The notes beneath the pieces are model-generated. The model had not been told where the DNA came from and searched no databases. It saw nothing but the letters and a program-made list of their open reading frames with translations. Positions 44,714 to 55,665 of a stretch of 64,000 bases of DNA are shown piece by piece. The stretch comes from Bigelowiella natans CCMP2755 (lineage: Eukaryota; Protista; Cercozoa). Positions within the stretch are counted from its first letter, which is position 1; every line of letters starts with the position of its first letter. The DNA is taken from the NCBI GenBank assembly GCA_000320545.1, contig ADNK01000875.1, forward strand, positions 248,001-312,000, written 5' to 3'. The translations under genes and the position numbers were made by a program.

Positions 44714-45071
44714 TTTTAGCGGACTAGCGGTAGCTGTTTGGCTTTTGTGCGCGGGACTGTGCTGTTGATGTTGGAAAGTCAACACGCGGTCTCGTGTGCT
44801 TTTGGATTCTGATGATGACTTGTGACTTGCGCTGCACGCATGTGCGCATTGGGTTCCGGCGCATTCGCGAAGATTCTCGAATCTTCCAGAATTCTCTCGA
44901 ATTCTCTCGAGTGTTTCTGGAAGGTTCTCGAAGCTTCCGGAATGTTCTCGAAGATTCTGGAAGTTCTGAGAACTTCCATGCGCATGTGCGCAGCGCAGCG
45001 TGCAGCACGAGTGGACGTGCGCATGCTGCGACAGCTCCTTGATCGTGGGTGGCGCGGCCAGACCGCTGACA
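44714..45071 (-). repeat. Copia 3' LTR
   Basis: Direct repeat of 51456-51813. Reads TGTCAGCGG...CTAAAA on the minus strand. Confidence 0.95.
44864..44977. promoter_or_regulatory. Heat-shock element array in the 3' LTR
   Basis: Alternating nTTCn/nGAAn pentamers: 6 perfect units from 44864 and 10 perfect units at 44915-44962. Confidence 0.8.
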
Positions 45072-46826
45072 CGCCCCCATGGACGTGGTGACCACGATCA
45101 GAGTGCTGATGTGCACGTGCCATTTCTGCCATGGTGACAGAACTTTTGCACGGTGCTGCACATGGACGCCATTCCCAAAGGTTTCGGAGTCCGAATGGTT
45201 GGCAATGTTTTGCCGACCAAACATCGCACCACCAGACGCCCAAAAACTCTGTGCAGAGGCACAAAATTCCCAGGCTTGCAACTGGGCAAGGTGCCATGGG
45301 CATGGTGCACTCCGAAATCGGCAGGAAAAATTCTTGCCTGACTGGGCAAGGTGCCACCATTTCGGTACGAACTGGGACTTGTCCAAAAAATTAATTTTTT
45401 TTGAACGACACCAGTGTGCTTCCAGAAAAGAATTTTTCTGCGACACTGGTGCACTTCCAGAAAAAATTCTGGAATCCCCTGGGCACTTCCAGAAAGATTC
45501 CAGAAAAATTCCGGAATGCCCTACGTTCGTCACCTGCACCCACATGCGGTGTTGACCAAGGCTCGGTAGGTAGGTAGACAGGTGGGTAGTGCAAGTAGTC
45601 CTTTCCTCCTTCTTCTTCTTCTTCTGTTTTTCGTCATCAGCAGTACGAGCAGCACGACCCTTCTGGTTTGATCGTTGCTGTTTGATGCCATCTCTGTCAC
45701 TTACACTGTCACTACTGCTGCTGCTGTTTGCGTTGTGATGGCTACGGCGGTCTACTTTGAAGGGTTGTTTCTGATGCCCATGAAAGTTCCAGAAAGATTC
45801 CAGATTGTTGCTGCGTTTTTGTGAGACTAAGCTAATACTAGCTGTTTCGTTAGTGATATGACGAGGAAGGGGGGGTGGAGGAGCCCCCTCAAAGCTTTGT
45901 TGAGGGACCGCTGCTCTTGCCTGGTCCCGAACGTTCGACCCCAAGTATGCTTCGCCCTGTAGGCGCGATTTTGTCTCATAAGGTGCGGCCAATTTCGATC
46001 TATCGGTGTCCTTGCCATGATAACCTTTTGTGCCAGAACCCTCATTGTGATAGATTCCCCTTCTGCCTGCTTCCATGAAGGGGGGAGCGAGGATTCTCTT
46101 ACCGGAAAGCTATAACGACGGTTATTGAATTATTTATATAATAATGAGTCATCACTGAGCACCATAAGGGGCGCTAACTTCCTCATAATGAATATTCACC
46201 GCTTCGACCGGCCTGGATCTGTGATAGCCATTTCTCTGCGTAACTATTTGGTTGTCTTTGTGAATAGGCCCTCCTTGGTAGTCATGCTGTGGACGATCCG
46301 TTAACCCTGTATGGAGACTCAAGTTCACGTGCCTTAGAAATCGCTATATTACCCATGCTGCTTTGTTGCGGTCTCTGCATTTCTTTATTGTGGCCATTGT
46401 ACATAGGAGCCACAGCAGATGCCTCGCCACTTCCAATATAATACCGATAATTGTGTGGATCTCCAGGCGATCGTTTTTCCTTTTGTTAACTTCGTAGGTA
46501 TCTTGTAGTATACAGCTTTTGCATGTTCTCTCCTTATATTTGACTTCGTATTTGTTATACACTAGGTATCTCGTCTTCATTATTATATCCGCCCCCATGA
46601 TTGTGCAGTGTCTGGAAGACACTGTGCAATCATATAGAAATCTATAGCGTATTCTACATTCGCCCCCATGATAGCGAGAGTGTCTGGAAGACACTGTGCA
46701 TATAGTCCATAGCAAGATACGCAAGGAAAGGTACACACATACAAAGATGTGTGCCATTAAAACCTTGCAGCCTATATGTTTATATGTTGTAGGTTTCTAA
46801 ATGGACGTGGGGCTTTCATAGGGCGA

Positions 46827-49800
46827 CTAAGCGGACGTGGGGCCGACAAGGCGAGGGAGCTTGTAAGGTAGAGTCTTTGTAGTTATTTTTCTTTTTCTGG
46901 TGCCTTGTAGCATGATGGTTAGTTTTTCTCTGTATGATATAGGGAACAAGAAATCACAGTGTTTCTTGTTGCTAGGTCCTGGTAGAGCCTTAGTAAGTAT
47001 ATCAGCGGGATTGTCCTCCCCAGGTATTTTGTTTATGCAGATCTGCTTAGTTTGATAGTTATCACGAACATTGTGATATTCTATCCTTATGTTCTTGCCT
47101 TTTTGTGTGAATCCAGGCTTGGCTGCAATGGAGATAGCTGCTTGAGAGTCACAATACACAGGTACAGGTTTCGGTATCTTCATCTTTAACTCCTGTAGTA
47201 ACTGAGTGACATACACTAACTCTCTGCATATATCTGATAGTGCTATGTACTCAGCCTCGCCACTGGACATAGCAACGACCTTTTGCTTGTTGCTCTTCCA
47301 GACAACAGGTGCGTTGCTTAGCGATATGAAATATCCTGAGTATGATTTACCCGTTTTCTTGCAGGTTTTCCAGGAGGCATCGACGTAAGCTTTAAGCTCA
47401 GGTTTGGACGCTGCTTTAAAGGTAATTCTTTTATCCTTTGTATTGACCAGATACTGCAGTAAGCGTACTGCAGCGATGTAGTGTATAGTTCTAGGATCTT
47501 GACTGTAGGAAGCTAGACGAGATAGAGTGTAGCATATGTCTGGTCTAGTAGCCACAGCTGCATACATTGCAGCTCCTATGATGGATCTGTATGCCTTTTG
47601 ATCCACCTTATCATGCTCCTCGTATTCGTCTAACTTCGATCCTGTTATCATTGGTGTTTTTGCTCTTTTCGTAGGCGTGATATCATACTTCTGGGCGAGT
47701 CTGGTGAGGTAGTCTTCCTGCGATATCCAATAGTTTCCCTCATTGTCGCTACCAACTCTTATGCCCAGTGTTTTCTTTAGCTCGCCTTCATCGCGAAACT
47801 CAAACTTGTCGCCTATTCGCTTCATGACAAAGTCCAGGTCTCTCTTATCTTGATATGCTATGCATATGTCATCCACGAAACATGACAATATGATGATTCT
47901 TCCTTGTCTGTGCATTATCATTAGGCAAGGATCGGAATAAAGCTGGACGAAGCCAATGGCGTTGAGATGCTCGAGCAAGGTAAGGCTGAATATTGCACTT
48001 GCTTGTGTCAGCCCATAAATGCTTTTGTTTACCAGTAGGGCTAGTGGAAGGCCACTGTTGTATAGCCGGATTTCCTCAGGTGTCTTCGGCTTCCACCCTT
48101 TAGGTATTTCCATGTGTACTTTACAGTCCATCTTTCCAGTTAGGAAAGCTGTAAGTATATCTATCCCGTGTAGTTTTAGCTTGAGGATAGATGCTATGGC
48201 TAACATTATCCGAAAACTATTTAGGGACAACGTCGGGGAATAAGAGAAGAAGAAGTCTTCTCCCGGGATCTGCGTGAACCCTCGCGCGACCAGCCTTGAC
48301 TTATACCGAATGGTATAGTCTACATTTATTTTCTTCTTGAATACCCATTTAGATGTAACGAAATTTGTATCCTTAGGTCGCACTACCAGCGTAAACGTTC
48401 CAAGTTTTCGAAGCTGGTGCAGTTCCTCTTCCGTAGAAGGTATCCAATGCTTCTTATCATCTCCTGTGATTGCATCGTCATACGTCTTAGGAAGGTCCTC
48501 GATCTCTTGTACTGATGGAGCTTTTATGTTCATCAGGCGGTCGTAATAGCTACCAAGTATTCCGTAACGAATACCAGGTACTCCCCTATTTTCTCTATTC
48601 GACCTTCGAGGTTTACTTTTTGCTTTTGTTTCAGGCCCACCATCCTCTGGCAACTCGTCAGTTGCACTGGATGGTTCGGGGGCGTCCGCGTCGGCAGGAC
48701 CTTCTGGATAAAGGTACGCCAAAGCCGAATCACTAACTTTGTTTCTCTTCAGCGAAGGAAACTTAAACACTGTGTGGTACCATTTAGTTACACGGACTCT
48801 TCTAATTTTCAGCGTCTTCGTGGCGACGAGAAAAGTACCAAATCTATCGTCATATCCCAACATACGTACGTATTCACCTCTAGCACCCATACCACCTGCA
48901 GGTCGGAGTTCCTTGTCGATGTGGTTTACTCCGATGCATCCCCAGGTAGTTAGATTCTTTAGATTTGGTTGCTCATGGTGCAGTAGTTCTTTAGGCGTTT
49001 TTCTACCAGGTGTGCTGCGATGTGAGGTGACGTTGTGGAGATATGCTGCAGTCTGAGCTGCGTAGGACCAGTATCCGACCGGTAAGCGTGCATGTTCTAA
49101 CATAGCTCTTGTTTTCGCCATGATAGTCTGTATGTGACGCTCGGACATTCCATTTTGCTCAGGTGTTCGGGCGGTGCTAGGAACCCATTTTATTCCTTCG
49201 GAGGTGAGCCAGCTATGTAGCTTTGCGCTCATATATTCACCTCCACCATCCGATCTGAATTCGTCTATGCTTCCACAACCTGGAAGCTTTCTGATGTGCT
49301 TTAGGAACTGTATGGTTTTCTGCGTAACTTCGCTTTTCTTTCTCATAAGCTCCAAGGTAACCCACCTTGTTCCTTCATGTACGAATATTACGAAATACTT
49401 GTAACCATCCATGCTGTTAGGCATGGTCTTTACATCAGAGTGAATTCTATTCCACATCCGGTTTTTCTTGTGGATAACAGGTACACATTTTTGCTTCTTT
49501 TTGACAGCATCGTCCTCAATCTTTGCTTTATTCCGATGCTGTTTCATCCTTTCTTGGGCGCTTGGATCAAAGATCGGAGATCTTTTTGTTTTGGCTACAT
49601 CACAGGCCTTGCAAAAGATCTTCTTTGGTATTTTTATCGTCTTGGAATAAGGTAAACCTTCTGTAACTGCATAGGTGTCTCTTATCTTATCCGCTGCGAT
49701 GTGCCCTAGGATGTTATGTGCGTGCTTGATTGAAGATGGCTGTTTCATTGGGTAGGATTTAAATCTTTGTGTTTTTGTACTTTTGTTTATTTGTTTATAT

Positions 49801-51269
49801 CTCAAATAAAATAGGCCGTCGTCTTGAAAGTCCCCGAACGCGTATTCCTCTCCGTTGGCGGTAATGCTTATTCCTTGTTTTGTTCCTTTGTACTCGCTGC
49901 CACTCTTAACTAGTCTGTTTAGAGAAATCACATTGCCTGCAGCTTCTTCAGAGTACAAAGCTCCTTGTAGAACAATTTTATGCATCTTTCCTTGCTTGTT
50001 TTTCGTAGTTAGTTCGACGTCGCCTGCATAATCCACAAAGAATCCTGTCCCATCTTTGCCAACTTCTATGTATCGTGGTTGAATAGGTTTCAACTCGTTG
50101 AAGAAGTCGCGGTCGCAGAAGAAGTGGTTGTTGGCTCCGCTGTCGAGAAGGATCAAAGGCTTATGGTTGTACTTCAGCGTGTGCAGGTAAGAATTGTCGC
50201 GTGCCATCTTATTAATGTAAGAGGGTCTTTGGGAAGGGGAGCCATGATCTATAAAAGAATAGTGTTTTCCTTTGTTCTGCTTGCCTTCGTCTCTCATCTT
50301 GTTTCTGCATTCCTTTTCCCAATGTCCTTTCTTGCCACAGTAATGGCATTTTGTTCTTTTCTTTAAGTTCAAGAAATAGTCTTCTCTCTTTTGCTTCTTG
50401 GAATTGTCTTGATATGCTTCGCTGTTGTATCTGTTCTTTCCTTTGTTGAATTTCCTCTTGTAGGTCTTCAGCTGACCCGTAAGTTCATTTAGCCTTTTCT
50501 CCAAGCCATCGTACATCTTCACGTATTTGTGTTCTGCACTGGTGTGTCCTGCATGTTTCTTTGAAGGTTTCTGCCCGTCATCTAACGATCGGGAGTTCAT
50601 GTGGGAGCGGATCATGTCCACTGCAGAGTCGAAGGTAAAATCTTTCTTGTTGTTAATGACTGTTACTATAGTCTCGTATTTTTCTCTAGGTACAAGTCCT
50701 CGAAGTAGAGTGGTAAGAGCTTGATTGTCGGAGTATCCTTCGTGCTGTGCTCGAAGTCTTCTGATCGTCGAGTCAAGGTCAGAATGATACTTCGTGAAGT
50801 CTCCATTGTACTGACCCATGTTTATATCACTTAGCTTCGAATAAAGTTTCCTGACGGCTACAGGATTGGTAGGCTCGTACTTCTCCAGCAAGGCTGCTAA
50901 GGTAACTGCTACGTCTTTGGGTTTTCCTTCGAGTAGATCGAAGAATTTATCAGGAAGGGTAGCAGTGAGGAAGAATCTTCCTCTCTTTCTTTTGTTTATC
51001 TTTTCTTGTGATCCTCTTCCTTCGGGTTTAGGGTTGAGGATGTCGAATTGCTCCTGAGAGAGCTTGAGTACTTCTCGTCGGTGAGCGGGGTCGGTGCGTA
51101 CATTGACTTCTGTCACCTTTCCTTCTGTTTCTATGTTGACATTGAAGCATGATTCCAAATCCGCTGCTTCAAAGGCGGACATTAGCTTGTACATGTAGGG
51201 CTTGTAGTTGCTACCATCGTACTTGAGGGTGAAGTTTTTCAGCAGGGAGTCTATCTGCTTTTCTGACAT
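46827..51269 (-). CDS. Copia gag-pol polyprotein (1480 aa)
   Basis: Zn knuckle CHYCGKKGHWEKEC, protease LLDSGA, integrase (HNILGH..CKAC, IHSD, RSDGGGEY, NGMSER), RT (KSRLVARGF, KSIYGL, FVDD) and RNase H (YVDASW, EAEY, CDSQAA, ADILTK), in Copia order with integrase before RT. Confidence 0.98.
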   Translation of the reverse strand: MSEKQIDSLLKNFTLKYDGSNYKPYMYKLMSAFEAADLESCFNVNIETEGKVTEVNVRTDPAHRREVLKLSQEQFDILNPKPEGRGSQEKINKRKRGRFFLTATLPDKFFDLLEGKPKDVAVTLAALLEKYEPTNPVAVRKLYSKLSDINMGQYNGDFTKYHSDLDSTIRRLRAQHEGYSDNQALTTLLRGLVPREKYETIVTVINNKKDFTFDSAVDMIRSHMNSRSLDDGQKPSKKHAGHTSAEHKYVKMYDGLEKRLNELTGQLKTYKRKFNKGKNRYNSEAYQDNSKKQKREDYFLNLKKRTKCHYCGKKGHWEKECRNKMRDEGKQNKGKHYSFIDHGSPSQRPSYINKMARDNSYLHTLKYNHKPLILLDSGANNHFFCDRDFFNELKPIQPRYIEVGKDGTGFFVDYAGDVELTTKNKQGKMHKIVLQGALYSEEAAGNVISLNRLVKSGSEYKGTKQGISITANGEEYAFGDFQDDGLFYLRYKQINKSTKTQRFKSYPMKQPSSIKHAHNILGHIAADKIRDTYAVTEGLPYSKTIKIPKKIFCKACDVAKTKRSPIFDPSAQERMKQHRNKAKIEDDAVKKKQKCVPVIHKKNRMWNRIHSDVKTMPNSMDGYKYFVIFVHEGTRWVTLELMRKKSEVTQKTIQFLKHIRKLPGCGSIDEFRSDGGGEYMSAKLHSWLTSEGIKWVPSTARTPEQNGMSERHIQTIMAKTRAMLEHARLPVGYWSYAAQTAAYLHNVTSHRSTPGRKTPKELLHHEQPNLKNLTTWGCIGVNHIDKELRPAGGMGARGEYVRMLGYDDRFGTFLVATKTLKIRRVRVTKWYHTVFKFPSLKRNKVSDSALAYLYPEGPADADAPEPSSATDELPEDGGPETKAKSKPRRSNRENRGVPGIRYGILGSYYDRLMNIKAPSVQEIEDLPKTYDDAITGDDKKHWIPSTEEELHQLRKLGTFTLVVRPKDTNFVTSKWVFKKKINVDYTIRYKSRLVARGFTQIPGEDFFFSYSPTLSLNSFRIMLAIASILKLKLHGIDILTAFLTGKMDCKVHMEIPKGWKPKTPEEIRLYNSGLPLALLVNKSIYGLTQASAIFSLTLLEHLNAIGFVQLYSDPCLMIMHRQGRIIILSCFVDDICIAYQDKRDLDFVMKRIGDKFEFRDEGELKKTLGIRVGSDNEGNYWISQEDYLTRLAQKYDITPTKRAKTPMITGSKLDEYEEHDKVDQKAYRSIIGAAMYAAVATRPDICYTLSRLASYSQDPRTIHYIAAVRLLQYLVNTKDKRITFKAASKPELKAYVDASWKTCKKTGKSYSGYFISLSNAPVVWKSNKQKVVAMSSGEAEYIALSDICRELVYVTQLLQELKMKIPKPVPVYCDSQAAISIAAKPGFTQKGKNIRIEYHNVRDNYQTKQICINKIPGEDNPADILTKALPGPSNKKHCDFLFPISYREKLTIMLQGTRKRKITTKTLPYKLPRLVGPTSA

Positions 51270-51444
51270 GTTGTTTCGTTCCTGTTTTCTTTGTTTTCAG
51301 TGCTTTGGAGGCTTGACCGAAGATTGGCTGAGGGAATGCTGTTGTCGCTTTCAGTTCCTTCTTCTGGAAGGATGTAGCTGAAGGGGGGGGGTGGGGGGTT
51401 TGCTTGGTTCTTTTCTTTGTTGGTTCTCTAGCAAGTCCTCTTGA

Positions 51445-51455
51445 GGCTCATAACC
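51445..51455 (-). other. Primer binding site, half-tRNA-iMet type
   Basis: GGTTATGAGCC directly follows the 5' LTR and resembles the GGTTATGGGCC PBS of copia/Ty5-like elements primed by a tRNA-iMet fragment. Confidence 0.8.
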
Positions 51456-51813
51456 TTTTAGTGGACTAGCGGTAGCTGTTTGGCTTTTGTGCGCGGGACT
51501 GTGCTGTTGATGTTGGAAAGTCAACACGCGGTCTCGTGTGCTTTTGGATTCTGATGATGACTTGTGACTTGCGCTGCACGCATGTGCGCATTGGGTTCCG
51601 GCGCATTCGCGAAGATTCTCGAATCTTCCAGAATTCTCTCGAATTCTCTCGAGTGTTTCTGGAAGGTTCTCGAAGCTTCCGGAATGTTCTCGAAGATTCT
51701 GGAAGTTCTGAGAACTTCCATGCGCATGTGCGCAGCGCAGCGTGCAGCACGAGTGGACGTGCGCATGCTGCGACAGCTCCTTGATCGTGGGTGGCGCGGC
51801 CAGACCGCTGACA
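51456..51813 (-). repeat. Copia 5' LTR (heat-shock element array at 51606-51719)
   Basis: Direct repeat of 44714-45071, followed by the PBS on the minus strand. Confidence 0.95.
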
Positions 51814-52299
51814 GTGAAGGTCTGCGTACTAGCTCTTGCTTCCCACAGTGCGTGTGTTCGTGCCGTTCAAATGTTTCTCCTTCTCCTTGTTCTTCGATCT
51901 TGGCGCACTCCGTGGAGCACTTCATTGAAGGTGAACGAAACAACTCGATCTTTCTTTCTTTCTTCCGCTTGTTCGAAAAATAATACGAGCAAGCACTTGT
52001 TCAGTTTGCGCGTCTAGGCGTGCCAGCATGCCACAAGTGATACGCAATGCTTGCATGACAGTGAACGTCCAGATGTCTGCTAGTGAGCGCTAGACGTGCA
52101 CGATGACGATCGATGCGATGCCGCGCACACGTATGTGGACTTCATAAGTCCTTATACCACGCTAGCACGTCACGGCAGTGCGTGCGAGGCCGCGGTGATT
52201 TGCAAGTACGTGCACCTCGCGCTCATCGGTCAGATGAGGTTCGATCATCGCACAAGATCGATGACATGCCAGATGCGTTGCAAGGCATTCTAGCATTGC

Positions 52300-52349
<50 letters not shown>

Positions 52350-52882
52350 GCTAGCACGCACGCACCACAGCGAACGTGCACATGCATTGCTACTCAGAGA
52401 TGTGGTGACATGGCTAGATGGAGGAAATCAGCATCAGTGTAAATTGAAATTTGTTGCTGTTGGCATCCGCGCAATCTCCATTGAAATGTGCCTTCCATCC
52501 ATGGAAACATGCCTTTGTTCATGCATGTTGCAGTTCACCCATTCGCCACTCATTTTTCGTCCCAGAATGCCGTTTTCACACAACACCCCCTTCATTCCAC
52601 TTCGTCGTCCTCCGGACTGCAAGTGCACATTAGTGCGAACGCGACACGCACACATGGGAGCAAAATGCAAAAAGGGCAAGAAAGGAAGGGAGGACAGAAA
52701 GGGAGAGAGAAAAGGTTGAGTCACAGAAAAGAAAGAGGAGTGATGCATGAACTTGTGATTTTTTTTTTGTCATTTCATGAAACAGCTCAACAATGCTAGG
52801 CTGCATCGTGAGTCGACACAGTAGAAAGAAATGTGCTTTTTGTTGATTTTTTGTTACTGCTACTTTGTGATCCTTCCTCTTC

Positions 52883-53434
52883 TTAATCATTGTTTGAATA
52901 CCTCTCCTCCTCCTCATCCTCCTCCTCAATAAGCGAAGCCTTGTCTATCGACGCGAAATGAGGAGCCCTATCGATGCCTGTTTGAGGGTCGGTAATGTGA
53001 TGATAAAGATGGTAATGATGATTGTTGTTGATGATGATGATGATGATAATGATGGTGATTGTAATGGTGGTGGTGGGAAGTAGCGGGTGATGTATTTACT
53101 AGCCTAGTCATGAGAAATGCGACAACACTATGGATACCCGATATTCTGAAATACGGAGAATTATCGCTAGTGTCTTTCTTGGTGTCGAAGTAGTAATTTT
53201 ATGGCTTTATACCGACCTACTCCTTCATCTCTATATTCGGCTACTCTCCCTCCCCCCCCCCCTCTCTCTGTCTCTATCTCACCACTCTGAGCACAGCATG
53301 TCCAATACGGTGCGTGCTGGCGCTTTGTGTCCTGCATATCGTCACGCAAAAAAACACAGAAACACACTCGCTCTTTTCAATCTAATTTTGTAGACTACGC
53401 ACCATTCCAATTCAATGTGAGTACAAGTATAATA

Positions 53435-53478
<44 letters not shown>

Positions 53479-54988
53479 TGTATAGTATTTATAAAAATTT
53501 GTATGGTGTGCGGCACAATGGCTATATTTGCAATGGCCGACACATGTTCGTCATACATGAATCGAACGGGTTGCACGCTTTGAGGCAGAAATCCTTCCAA
53601 GCATCTGATTGATCATCAAAATGTGCATTTCAGCTCTGAGAGTGAAGGGAGTGATAATTGATGCTAGCCCTTATATCATCACTTCGCAGCATTATCATCA
53701 GTATCGTCGTCACCATCAAATTCTTACAATCTCTCAATCTTATGTATTGCCACCTGAGGAGGGTCCCCGAGCAACACCGCAGTGCACGCTGCAAACGAGT
53801 GTGATATTGCGCTTAAGTCGTAACCTAATGTGAATGCACAAACATGGAAGAAAGCATTAGCGCGATCCCATGCGCGAAATAGGCCGCCGCTTCTTGTCTA
53901 GGCATAACTGTAGTAGTGTGTGGGTAATAAAACTGTCACAGGTGTGTCGTCATTGCTGTCCTTGTGTGTACGATAAACGACGAAAAGCTATCAACGAATC
54001 CACCCTCGCATGCATTGATTCCTCATTCTGTTTTTGCCACATAAATTGTTTGTTGTCGCAGTTGCGAATACTGTATCCCTGTCCCACCCCATTATAAGTA
54101 AGGACCTCCTTCTAGCACGAGAGCTATCTTGCCCTGAGCTAAGGCCATGAGGGAGTGCGTCATGTGGGCAAAACCTTGAAAAAAATGGTAAGCAACAACA
54201 AAGGAAAGCCATCAATCAGATGCCTAACAAAGACACACTGTCATGCAAGATAGGGGGAGAATTACTGAAAGGGGAAAGGTGATTTCAGAGAGGGAGGAAG
54301 GGGGGGGTTGAGACGGAAGACGAATGGAAGATTCTGGCTTCTTCCGCCTTCATGGTTAATTGTTTTTACACTCTCACCAGCAGGACTTATATCACACCCT
54401 CCCAGAGGGTCTCCGCGTGCAGAGTCGAATCTGACAAGAAGTGCAACATATGGTGACGATGACGTACAAGATATAAGCCATTCTCCGGAATCCCGTCGTC
54501 ATCATCATCATCATCATCATCATAACCATCACCTTTCACCATCACCACCCCATCACAACTGTCTAAACTGTCTACTACTCCTCCTCCTCTCACCCAGCTG
54601 ATATTATGACAAGCTGCGGGGCGAATTCATACGCAACCTGAGGGGATAGATAAATCAGACAGATGAGGGCAGAGCAGCCTGGAAAGCGAAGAGGTGGGAA
54701 AAGGTGGGGGATAACTGTATTCTTCTCTTGCATCTCTATTTTATAAGGGGAAATAAAATTCGAATGTGCGGACAAAATCCAAAAGACGAAAGCACTACGC
54801 AACCCTCCAGCGTTCTCCCTGCATCCCTCGTCATTTGCCCATCTATCGATCTGTCTACTTACTGGGAGGAGCAGTTGATGGAAGACTCCGAGGTAATCGC
54901 CATCACCCATGCCACCGCCATTCCACCCCACGTTCATGTTGTAGCCCTGTCATTCACGTTTGCATCAGTCACATATATAAACGATATA

Positions 54989-55026
<38 letters not shown>

Positions 55027-55621
55027 CACCATCACCATCTCATTCGCTGTCTGAATGCGTGTTTGTTGTTATGGTTGTTGTTGTTATTGTTGTTGTTATT
55101 GTTGCTCCTCCTGCTGCTGCTGTCATTCCTGCTACTGCCTTCTGCCGATATTATCTTACTTTTCTCGGCGTGTTACTCAAATCGATGAACTATTACTACT
55201 ACTACTACTACTACCTTGGCCTTGTCAATACCGACCTCTTTCGGCCCACCATCAACGGAGCTCGGATAGAATCTCCCATGGTCATATCTGCAAATGATGA
55301 TGATGATGATGCGGAGGAGGAGGATGATGATAATGATGATGATGACGACGATGGCGATTAATAAGGATGAACCATTTTTTACGAGCAACCATGTGTTATT
55401 AAACTGCGAGGAGTCATCAGTTATGTTGCTTGACACGATGTGTGTGCTGCAAAATACCTGTGCACGGAGAAGTAGAAAATCCTTTTATCGTCCTCAAACA
55501 TGTGCTGCGTGCCATTCCCGTGATGGATATCCCAGTCAAGAACCAGCACACGTTTCAGCCCCTTAAAATTGCATCAGGGACAGTGAATGTGTGCGTGCGT
55601 GTGTGTGTGTGTGTGTGTGTG

Positions 55622-55665
<44 letters not shown>

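Larger units (their letters stand above)
44714..51813 (-). mobile_element. Full-length Ty1/Copia LTR retrotransposon (7,100 bp), recent insertion
   Basis: Two 358-bp LTRs (44714-45071 and 51456-51813) with one mismatch seen by eye; 5-bp TSD GTGAA at 44709-44713 and 51814-51818; PBS GGTTATGAGCC; PPT-like ATGGGGGCG before the 3' LTR; intact gag-pol. Confidence 0.97.

Noticed and set aside
44864-44977. CRISPR-like or simple tandem repeat in the LTR
   Set aside because: There is no repeat-spacer structure, and the 5-bp inverted GAA/TTC phasing is better explained as heat-shock elements.
44724-46076. 450-aa ORF as a retroviral env-like gene
   Set aside because: It runs through the entire TA-free LTR and has no signal peptide or transmembrane pattern. 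Kept only as a low-interest note.
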